From: Tubiluchus corallicola
Taxonomy: Eukaryota; Animalia; Priapulida
Assembly: GCA_030141605.1 (NCBI GenBank)
Contig: JAQGDQ010000616.1
Location: forward strand, 1-64,000
Direction of reading: 5' to 3'
Length of the DNA: 64,000 nucleotides
Shown here: piece by piece, positions 40,101 to 52,100 of the stretch
How the letters are laid out: each line of letters starts with the position of its first letter
Position numbering within the stretch: position 1 is the first letter of the stretch
Program-made: the position numbers and the translations under genes
The notes under the pieces: generated by a model
Database searches by the model: none
What the model saw: only the letters and a program-made list of their open reading frames with translations
Told to the model about the DNA's origin: nothing

Positions 40101-43100
40101 AGTATTTCATATAATTTGCACATACCTGACATATTTCGGTCTCATCGTTTGGGTTGATAGTAGGATACGTGCGCTCGCTCAACGTGTCCACAAACTCGTT
40201 ATTAATAAATAATTGACTAGGAAAGCGAATATCCATATTATTTACACGCATTGACACCTGGAAGAATTAAAAAATGTGCAAGATTAGAACCAGACTATCT
40301 AAAGAGGAACTTTTGATGGTAAAGTAAAACTAGGTGGTGAAAAACAGAACTATAGAACTGAAAACAGCAGTACTAAACATCACACATTCACTACAATTTA
40401 ATTCTCGCAGTATTATCAGTTCATCAAATGTTATAGAATGAGACAATTCAATCAGAAATAATCACTCATCCACTTACTGATCAATTCAAGGCTGCTTAGC
40501 CTACTAACTTAGTCAACTGATTTTGCAAAACTATGTGAGTAGAGGAAGTCGACAAATAAAAATTTGGCTAAAGTTTACAAATCCCCACACACAAGAAATT
40601 AGTTCGTGAAGCGAATTAGGATTAGTGTTAGGATTAGGATTAGGGTCAGGATTAGGGTTGGGATTTGGTTCAGGGATAGGGTTAGGGTATTTAAATTGTG
40701 TGGGGAATTGTAAACTCCTTCCTTAAGTTTATTTCTTGTAAGTCAATAAGATGCATCAATAGTACTTCTCGTAGAAAAAGACTTTAGAATTTCCCACACA
40801 ATTTAAATACTCTAACCCTACCCTAACCCAAAAATTCCGAAAATTTTTCTTTGTCTTATCTGGCAACTGGAACTGGTTTTAATAACTGAAATGCAAACTG
40901 TGTAAGAAGAGGACAATAAACCTTTTTTTCTAAAAAAATTAAATCAAATACGTACAGCATTATATTCAACTTCTTTAGTTGCACCCCCGCCTCGAGATCT
41001 TGAAACCACGGTCCGCACAAATTCGTCGAATGTTGTGGCCATGTAGACGTCCTCATTTTCCAGTGCAACTCCTCCACACTTTTCCTTCACTTCTTCAACT
41101 AACCTGGAAAAAGCAACAAGTGAAAGCATCATCACTGTGTGGGACAATCTAACAAGCCCTGCTTTTTGATTGCCCGCAACACATTTACCTTCGTGTATAA
41201 GTGAACATTGTTTGAGGCTTTTTCTGTGCAGTATTTCTTATTTGTATTATATCCATTGTAGGCCCTTTCACTAGATATTGTATATGTAACCATTGTAAAT
41301 GTGCAAGGTGAAATAAATGACTTATGACTTAAATGACTTATGACTTATTATCACGTTAGAGCAGGGGTCCCCAAACTATGGAGGACCATCGACACCTTTA
41401 TTGAATCCTTGACTTCTCATCGACTCCCGGGCATGTACAAAAAAATAAATATTAATAATAATTAAGTAGATTGCAGTTTCCACATACATTAGCGAGGGGA
41501 ACTAATACGAAGGAAACTGCATACAAAACCCTGCTTTCCATATATATCAGTAAGGGAAATTGCAGACCAAACTGTTGTTCTGTATGCCTCCCCATTGTGA
41601 AAATTCCCTCCCCCCTTAAATAGATTAAAATATTAACATAACTTTTATTACATTAGTTGACATCATTAATGGCTAGGACATGATTGATGAGCATCAGCAA
41701 AGGACATTGATATTTGGCTGGAGTTTGATGAGTTTCATTCGTAAGTCTCTACGCTCTTCCGGGTTCCATCTGTTCCTCTGCTTTGTTAGAACTGCATTTG
41801 CATGGTTAAAACCAGCTTCAACCAACACGTATGAACTTGGGAATGCAAGTAAAAATAGTTTGCGTATTTATTAGCAGCATTTTCACTGCTCCAATAGTCA
41901 CTGAGGCTTTTACTTTTGAACAATGATTTAGCTTTTTGACCCCCAGGCACTTATCGACCCTAGGATAGTCCCATTGACCCCCGGGAGCCAATATCGACCA
42001 ACTTGGAGACCCCTACGCTAGAGCATCATCATCATATCATCACAATTAGTCCACTATGGCTAATGAAATGTTTTGCAATATTGGTTCTGCAGTAAAAGAG
42101 TTGGCAATCATATCTAGTATTATGTGATTTGTCATTTTAATAACATGATTCTCGAAGCATATATTCATAATGTTAGTTTAACACGTCTAAGTTCTGCTGG
42201 CAACTCATCTTGATTTGGGCATAATGTGCACATTTGCGGTTGAATAGTTTTTTTATTACAAATGCTAACTTTGTCATAGCTATGCTCAAAGCATCCTCAA
42301 TGTATATGACTATTTCAGAAAACAACATAACAAATGTAAAATTCACTAATAATTATTACCCAGACAGCACCTTACAAAAACTTGCAAAACCTTTCATTAT
42401 TTCACAGAAGCTCTCAGTAAACGAAGTGTCCTTTTGCTATTCCTTTCGCCGAGTTTTCCAAATTATCATTGTACTGCATTATATTGCATAATATATGTAA
42501 TGGAATCAAAAAATTGAATTGAAATTATATGTAATGACAAGGTTACTCGTATTGAAAATGGAAGATATTTCTCTCCCCTCGTGGCTCAGTATGAAATTGA
42601 CATGAGACAATATAGCACAGTGTGCTTGTTCACCTGCAGAGTAAATATGCAAGACTGGATTTGCACAAGTGAACAAAATTTGTGCCAGGTGGACCCAGAA
42701 AAAAGTGAAATTTCTTGATCAACTTCAATACCCTAGTTACCTGAGGGTGACATGACACCCTTAGAACATGCTTGGTAAACAAACAACAATTACTAGGAAC
42801 AATTCTACAGCCACGTGAAAGGCAATCAGAGTTCTTGCTGCTATAGACAAGTTACGCCACCTGTAATGGAGTATGCACGCACAGAATGGCAGATACATTT
42901 GTGTCTATTGTTAGGATTGTATGCCAAGTAGTATGAATGATAATCTACGTTTCCCACATTAATACAGCTGTTGCTTTATACTTCACAAGCAGCATATTGA
43001 TTCATATATCACAGTCGTTATATTTGATGAATTTACTTGGCTTGCATGTGTTCATTCTACATTGTTGTTGAACACAAAAACACTAGATGAACATTTCTGG

Positions 43101-46100
43101 TGAACAGTTGAATACATACTAAACAGTTGACATGAAGCTACCCTCTTTTTATTTCGCAAAGCTGCACGTTTAGAGAAAGATGCGTGTGCAAGCATTTAGA
43201 TGATTAATCATTAATCGACAATCACAGGTGTTATTAAACGCTGCAGCATCAACGCATCGATCAATCGGATCTGGGCAGATGATTCTACACAAAGAATGCC
43301 ATGGCAGGGTAAATACCCGGTTTGTTTGACTAGTGCCAAAGAAAATACGCAGCCATTACGGACACACAATTGTCCAAACAGAGTGTCTTTCTATAATGAG
43401 GTAATTCACAGCGTTCTGAATGCACCTGCAATACTCAGGTAATAGCTCAATATGTCAGGTGAGGCATGAAGAACACAACCGTAATGAAGAAGCGTTTAGA
43501 TGTCCACAAACGAAACTTTTCAGCAAACTGAGACAAATTCGACGAAGTGTTCAAAATCCGAAAACTGTGATTGAAAACTTTTTTTAGAGAATACGCTTCC
43601 TTGGAGAATAAAAGAACTAGGTGCACCAATAGTTACAAGCCACAGCGATATACATGAACTGGCATAAATATAAGAAAGAAACCATATGGAAGACAAGAAT
43701 ACTTGGTTTCTGCAGCAGCATGCCACGATAGATGAATCTTAAAAAAATTGACAAAGAAAACTGTATTATAATGTTTCGGAAGACAAAAAACATCATAAGA
43801 CTGCAAGGTGCTTTGGAAGAAAACGTCCTTTCGAAGTGCATCGTACAGTAATGTGCTACGTGACTAGTGTCTTGTCATGTGAAAATGCAAAGAGAAGTGA
43901 TCTAGTAAAAGATGACAAGAAAAAGCTAATACAAAAAATATACCATTCTGGAAGAAAACAATGAAAGGACAATGGTGGTCCTTCACTTTGTACATAATAA
44001 CGTTGACACTAACAATGGACAGGGCACAAAAAATGCTGGTTGCCATCAATCATGATGATCACAATTTAATGGATCACATAAACAATCTTTCACTTATGAA
44101 AAGCCCTTTAAATTCTCACAACAACATTGAAAATAGCACCACTGAGAATGGCCTTCAGGCTCGCTTTGTAGTAATCCATGAAAATGACACGTATGTGGAT
44201 GTACTGATAACACTGTGTGAAAATATACAGAAAGAGAACATTATGCCATTATTGATTATTGATCCAAATAAACAAACAATGGCTGCTGTGAAGCTAATCA
44301 CAAGTTATGTGCAGGCTTCCGCAATTATAATACCAAATGGAATTCTCACTGAACAGGTATCTTCACATCATAAATTGTTTCTATTGAAATTTAGTCTCGC
44401 CTTGTATGGATAGAGGGCAGTGGTAGCAACATAGCTTGCAATTTCCACATTACTACTAAAAAATTAAACCCAATGAAAGGTTTTAAGGTTTACGTTATGA
44501 TAAGTGTGTTGTTTATATATTTTCTGGACAGAGTTATGGGTGTTCTCTATAAGGTTTCTTGTGAATAATTACGTGTTAATGCATGCACTGAAATTTATTT
44601 TAAAATCTAATAAAATTTTAATCATACCTAAGCTAATCTAATTTGAAAATTCAGAGAAGGGTTATTGCTGAGATACTACATGAAATCTGTAAAACATTCA
44701 CATGGATTAGTGGCTGTTTCGTGAATATGTGTCACCTCTTTCTTGTGTACAAAAGACACCGTTAAGACAAGAAATTTGTTTTGTCACATTTGCTATCTTG
44801 TTGGAACATACTGCCATAAGAAACTCCTGTGCAGAAGTAACAGGACCATGATGTGCAAATAATATCTGATGTCTTTTACAGATGTTCCAGGAGAATATAT
44901 TGTATGTGTACCCGCGAGCAATGTATGCAGTAAGTGCACTGAAACAGATTCTGCAACTGCAAAGATGGAAAAACTGCACAGTGTTGCTCGATCATTCCCG
45001 CGACTCTGAATATTTTTTTTATGAGCTTCAACAACAGCTAAACAGCAAATGTCAAGAAGCAGTTGATATAGATGATGATGAACCAGAACACAGCATATCA
45101 AAGAAACTCCGAGACCTGAGCGATGAACAAGACCACGTCACTGTGCTGTACTGTTCAAACTACATGGCAAAGAAGATATTAGAGATATCAGACAAACACG
45201 TGCAGCTTGTACAGACCATGTGGCTTTGGATCATGAGAGAACAAATGACTGATAATGACATTTTAAAGTTGCAAATCACACGCGAACAATTTGTGCTGCT
45301 TGTGAGATCCATAACCGTTTTGCAACCAGAAGAGGTAATCAGTGATGTGATTTCCACACTTTATGAAAATACCAGAAATACTTTATTCATTTCTCGTCCA
45401 CAGAATTGTTGGGAGCAGACTAGCAACGTACATACTCTGAACAAACACGATACAAATATCATAAGCAACCTAAAAGCAAATCTCCTGTTTCGACCGTCAC
45501 AGAATAGGACAACATTACCAGTAAAATTTATGATTTCAAAACTTTTCTTCAACAATGTTGTTCACCTCGGAGAATTTTCAACTGTTCATTATAAGAATTC
45601 GGGACCAATTTTAACCAACCGCATAAAGCCTCAACGATTAAGGATTGCTACAGTTGCAAGTCCTCCTTTTGTCTATAAATTCCCTCAATACCCATTAAAT
45701 GAATGCAAGAGAGGCGCTGTCTGTCTAGATGTGAAGACACACGATCCGGGAAAAATTGAGAAAATATTCAAAAGATTTCACAAAGGCCAGTATAACTACA
45801 CCACGTTTTGCTGTACAGGCATTACCATTGACCTGGTCCAAACACTGGCATTAGAAGCAGGTTTTGAATTTGACATGTACTTAGTTGCTGATGAAAAGTA
45901 CGGAGGCATCCACAACGGTAAATGGACCGGCCTCATAGGAGACCTCATCAGCGGTGCTGCAGACATGGCTGCATCAGCAATTAGTACTACTACAGAAAGA
46001 GAAAGTGTAGTAGACTTCACTACACCTTTCCATCTGTCCCGGTACACCTTTCTGGTCCTAAAACAAACGAAACCACTGACTAGCTTTGACGCTTTCCTCG

Positions 46101-49100
46101 CCCCTTTCAAAATGAAGACATGGTTATACTTTGTCATTTACGTCCACGTGGTGGCGCTTGCAATCACATTGTTCGAGTGGTTTGGGCACCTGAGAATTCA
46201 CAAAATTGAATCAGCACAAGCAAAACAACATGTCCACTTCTGGTCATCACTGACCATGTCTTGGAGTCTGTTCTTCAACAATCTGGTTCCATTCCGTACC
46301 CCAAGGCTTTCTACCAGTAGAATGATAGGCAACATTTGGGCACTTGTTACCATCATAGTCCTGAGCAGCTACACGGCAAATTATGCAGCACTGTTCACTG
46401 AAGAAATACGCGGTCCTGAATTCACCGACATCTTCGATGAGCAGGTACTGTTTCAGAATGTTTCAAGTCAATTCAATTTAGTTCAGTTTGTTCACACAAA
46501 CTCTTCTAGTACACTGGCAAACAATATAGGCATGGCAATACACTTAGGAAAATCAATTTATGATTATAGGTATTTCAGCAAGTTCTAATGTACCACAACT
46601 AGGATTTACAGTAACTTAAAAACATGCAGGATTTTCTGAACAGTCATTTACAGTTTCTCTTTTGACAAGATATAAATCTTAACACTTAAACTTCTCTTTG
46701 ACAAAACAAATACCCGAAACAAGCACTTTTATCTAATGTGATGAAGGGTCATCGCTTGGAGTTGCAGCCCATTCATTGTCGACTTCATTGTTGACCAGTG
46801 TTGCAGAATGTGGGCAAGAAGTCCAGGGATCAAATCTAAATCAGCCCAACCTTGTTGCAGACAAATGATGTAGATGAGAAAAGAAAATTAAGGTGAAAAC
46901 AAGAATAATGAAAATGTGGAATCAACCCCATGAGTCAGCAGTGCTCCCTTTATGTGCGCTGAGAGTAGCAAACTCTTTAACAAACGTCTAAAACATGCAA
47001 ATGTTAATAATCATTTATCTTTTAACAGGCACTTGTAAGTACCCTTTGTTCTTTGTGCTTTTAATTTTTTAATTAATGTACCTGTAATCTTTTAATTAGC
47101 CCTTTTCATCTATAAAATTTTATTCTGAGGTGCCTGCCTTTGACATTTCATAGTTTTTTTTGTAAATATTTTTAATATTTTTAAATAAAAATTACGTACT
47201 AAACTAAAGTAAATTAATTAAAACTAAAAGTCACTATGAATAATTAGGCAAGTCTGCCCAGTAACTGTTTACATGACACTAAGACAAATAAGTGAAAAGG
47301 TGTGGCAAATGAGATGTTGATCTCAGTTTAACCATTACATCTTCATCTTTTAAAGTTGCTGAATTACCGAGTCATCACCACAAGTCAAGCCAGCACAGAA
47401 AGCATCATAGCTAAGATTAATCCTGTTCTATACAAGCAGACAATACGAATACCGACCCTCGGAGCGGAAGAGATTACAAATATGATCAGGTACACTAATC
47501 ACTAATTTGGAGTTATTTAGGCAATTGTTCGGCTAAAGTTTAAAATTCCCCACTTACAAGAAATTAGTTTATGAAGCAAATTACGGTTAGGGTTAGGGTT
47601 AGGGTCAGGGGTTGGGAACTTGGGATTAGGATTAAGATAAGGGTTTGGAAATAGGACTGCAGATAGGGATAGGGTGAGCGCTAGGGTTATCGCTAGGGTT
47701 AAGACATTAAAATGTGTAGAAAATTGTAAACACCCTCCAAGTTTTCTTAAAATGTTTTAAAAGAAAACAGGATGATTTTTTTGTATCCACTACATTTTGA
47801 AGTACAGTAAAAAGTATACATTTTTACACCTATAATAATTTCAAAGCATTTCTGCTAATTAAATAATGGATTAAAAACTTAATTAATGGTGTGGGCAAGT
47901 CCAACTAGCGATGACTTCATAACTGATCATTATTTTTTACAGCACAAGCATTCCACGAGCGTGTTGCACATGTTTGCAAAAGCTGAAATTGAAGTACAGT
48001 GCTACTGTGCAACATTCATTACAATATACAAAAATTTCAGCAAGTTTAAAATTCAAATTTCAAGTTTGTCCCTGTAAGCACACGTGAGCTCACGAATATG
48101 TAGGCTACATCGCAACTGACAGCTCTGAACTGAGAGGTACAGCACCTGTTTCTTGAGCAATATGTTTCCGAGATGCAGGTGATAGTGTACATCTAACTAG
48201 AGAATGACAAAACGCGTGCTGCAGCGAAAAACTAGTTCCGCAAATGCAAAATGACGTTTGTGTGGTAACAATTCTTTCACGCAAGTCTCTCTTGAAAAAA
48301 TAGTAAGTTCCCTTTCAATATTTACAGGGCAGATTGTTTTGAACTATAGTTTAAGATAGTCACAAATGGTGACTGTTATCTCCTCACGACTTCTTATGCT
48401 CCTTGTTGTTTTTTCTTGCTTTCCATCTTTTTTTGCACGCTGATCATTTTCTATTTTCATTTTTCATTCTTTATGTTCTGTTTATGTTATTCTTGCTACA
48501 TTAATAATGTTCTTGCAATTAGACATTTACTAATAAAGTGTTACTGACAGGAATGGATCAGCAGACGTGTTTCTCTACGATGAACCGCTAGCCAATTACA
48601 TAATAGGCAATGAGCCAAGCTGTACTCTGGGCACAGCAGGAAAACCATTCGGTGTAGATCTGTATGCCATTGCTTTAACAAAGGGATCATGGTTAGAGGT
48701 ACAAAGAATTGTTAGTGACTAGCTTAGTCCCACCAGGTGGCACACACATCAAATTTCAGTTCTCAAGCATTCTGCAACCTCACAGGCAAGCTGGCTTCGT
48801 TTGCCATCAGTCCCAAACACAACAGTAGTATTACACGCAATGATACAGCAGCGTTCTTGTGCCTCGCAATGCACATATTAAACTAGAGGGTATTACAGTC
48901 ATTGAAAATTAAGCACTTTTGGGTGCAATAAAGCTTTTTTTCACATGAACGAAAGAACATATTTATATAAAAAGCACAAGAACTACAATAGCAGCAGAAG
49001 AAAGATCAGCAAATCACACAAATTAACTCAAATTTTTCCCTTCATTTTTTTAATAATTTGAATTTGACACCCAAAAATGCAGAAGTTTCAGGGGCATAAT

Positions 49101-52100
49101 TTGCCCAGAGACATCTATGTGGGGTGAGATGAGCCTCAGCTTTCCATGTTTCACACTCAATTTAAATCAAATGGTTGGCAGCTCTGGTTAAAGCGATATT
49201 AGCTTAAAACTTTTCCGGGCCCACAATAATTTTTACAGCACACAGTGGAGGTACAAAAGACGTGCCATACTGGATGTCATTAAAACTTAAACTGACATGC
49301 TTAAACTAAACTCTAAAACCTTGCTGGGCCATGCTGGTTCACCATGACAGTGTATAAATATCATATATATATATATATGTATATGACCACTAGGGGTGAG
49401 CATTCTCTACCAGATAGTGAAATCGAATCGAATCAAATTTGTGACTTTTGAATTCAAATCAAGCCAAACTTCAGTATTTCGAATGCTAATAGAATTCGAG
49501 TTGAGATTGCAAGATTTTCGAAAAGGTTTTTGAACCACCAGTAAAACCACAAATAATTTGTGTAAAATTGTGCACAGAAATCACAGCTAATTGCATGTTT
49601 TAATCGTTTCAGTGATAAAGAACGTAGGTGATTGAAGTACATAATTATTCTAATCTATAGTTTTAGGTTCATCTATAGCGAATCATCTAAAAAAACTCCT
49701 CGAAACGAAACAACTAAAAAAACTCTTCGAACTCGATTCAAACGTTCTATGCTCACCCGTAATAGCCACTGTAACGAACAAACTTTAATGAGTACAGCGT
49801 AGCAAACCTGCTGTACATACTCGAAAACGTTTGTAATCTGTCTTGCTGAAAAAGCAGCAATCATTCCAGTGCTCATGTACGGACTCAGGTAGAGGAACCT
49901 GACTGATAAAACAGTAATGATCAATAAGATTCTGTGTAAGTCTAGGAGTTTTACAACACTGAGCATGCACAGTTTTATATAATTTTGCAAAAAGTTCACT
50001 ATCTAGTATGTCTCTTGGTCTGCCCTCGTCCAATACATCATTTCTTCTTTCCAGCCCGCGAAAAGGCAATCCCTTCCCATCCTATATGTGTATGACTTGC
50101 TATGGTGTAATATAATCCGCTTTGGTGTACAAGAAAAAGTCTAGTTTGCTTCACACTGGTGTAATCTGGACTGATATGGTTTGCTCTGGCGTGGCTCGTC
50201 TGAGCTGGTCGAGGCTCTTCTAGCCTGACCCGACACGTCAGACAAGGTCTATCAGATTGCCTTACTTCCCACTTTGCCATACACTAATAATGGATTTCAC
50301 TGTGAAGACTAAAACTAGAAACCGTAAATAAATATGATGCAATACTCGTACTCAACAGGCACCAATGTCAAAGATGATAGGCAACTACGAGTACAGTGGG
50401 TTGGTAACTGAGTGGAATCGTAAATGGTTCGGAAGTTTGCCGTGCGTTGAGAAGGAAGGTCTCCGAGAACCAAAAAAGGTAGATAACAGTAGCATTTAAT
50501 GAATAATCTAATCACTATGGTAATGGTTGCTTTTACTTGTCTACCAAGTTTTACACTATTCCAACAAACCTAAACTTACTGTGCACTACATGTGAGTTGT
50601 GGTACTTGAGTTTGTGCAAACTCTTTTGCTTGTTTCGTGTCACTTCTTGCATAAGATCCTTCGTACTTTACGATGACTTAAAGTGATAATAATTACAGAA
50701 ACCCGATTTTGACCAATATTATACTTACTGATAAAGTGAATTGGAAAGAGCTTGCAATTCCCCACACAATTTAAATACACTGACCCTAACACAGCCTAAC
50801 CATAATCTAAACCCTAATCCTAACCCTAACTGTAACACTAATCTGCTTTACAAACTAATTTCTTGTGTGAGGAGAGTTGTAAACTGTAGTCAATGAATTT
50901 AGCATAGATTCTTTGCTTCTCCTTTAGTTAGCCATAAGCCACATGAGCGGCCTGTTTCTTGTACTCGGATGCGGGACTATTGCGGGTGTTTTCATCATGC
51001 TCACTGAATGGATCTACATTGTGTGGATCAAGCCAAAGTTGTTGTCCAGAAACTACAGGATCCAGCCGGAAATGCCAAAACTAGCAGTGGTCTCGACGCT
51101 TTACAGGGTGTGTATACTATTACTATATGTACGGTAACAGTTCACTGTATCAATGCTGAAATAGCTGATCTATTCTGTACACCTTGACATATTTTAGCGA
51201 ATAACAAGACCTCAGCGGTGCTGAAGTGAATTTGAGCACTTGTTTCCTATTGTAAAAACTAAATTCTTACTTGGAATAGTTGGAGGTGCAAGCAAAACCA
51301 ATTTGGTATTACTAATAACACATAGTGCTTCATAAAGCATAAAGCATAAATGCAGTTTGGCGATTGTCTTTCTGATAAAAAAATTGTTGTACACGTTATA
51401 AGTATGTGCCATTTTACTGCAGACTGTCTGTTATTACAACTAATTGTTATCTGTAACAGTTATGTGTTACCTGTAATTGTCTGTAACAGTTATGTGTTAC
51501 CTGTAATTGTCTGTAACAGTTATGTGTTACCTATAATTGTCTGTAACAGTTATGTGTTACCTGTAATTGTCTGTAACAGTTATGTGTTACCTGTAATTGT
51601 CTGTAACAGTTATGTGTTACCTGTAATTGTCTGTAACAGTTATGTGTTACCTGTAATTGTCTGTAACAGTTATGTGTTACCTGTAATTGTCTGTAACAGT
51701 TATGTGTTACCTGTAATTGTCTGTAACAGTTGTGTGTTACCTGTAATTGTCTGTAACAGTTATGTGTTACCTGTAATTGTCTGTAACAGTTATGTGTTAC
51801 CTGTAATTGTCTGTAACAGTTATGTGTTACCTGTAATTATCTGTAACAGTTATGTGTTACCTGAAATTGTCTTTTCCAACAATTAGTCCATTACAACTAA
51901 TTCAGGTTACAATAAACACACGTACAACAAAGATGGCTCATATCTGAACCAAAACTCTTGTCTGAATCTTTTCAGTTATTACACATTAACTTTCATCACA
52001 ATTAGTTTGATAAAAAACGAGTTACTGCACACACTTCTTTTAACATTATTTCATGATACTTTTGCAGAAATACAAGGAAAATCAACCTCTAAAAGGAAGA

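Noticed and set aside
46445-46588. ORF continuation after M3 suggesting a truncated receptor ending YRYFSKF
   Set aside because: Intron read-through: a good donor at 46445 and downstream S2/M4 exons complete the protein.
51350-51886. 178-aa hydrophobic ORF ([10 protein letters not shown])n in the iGluR intron
   Set aside because: Translation of the 30-bp minisatellite; not needed for the receptor reading frame.
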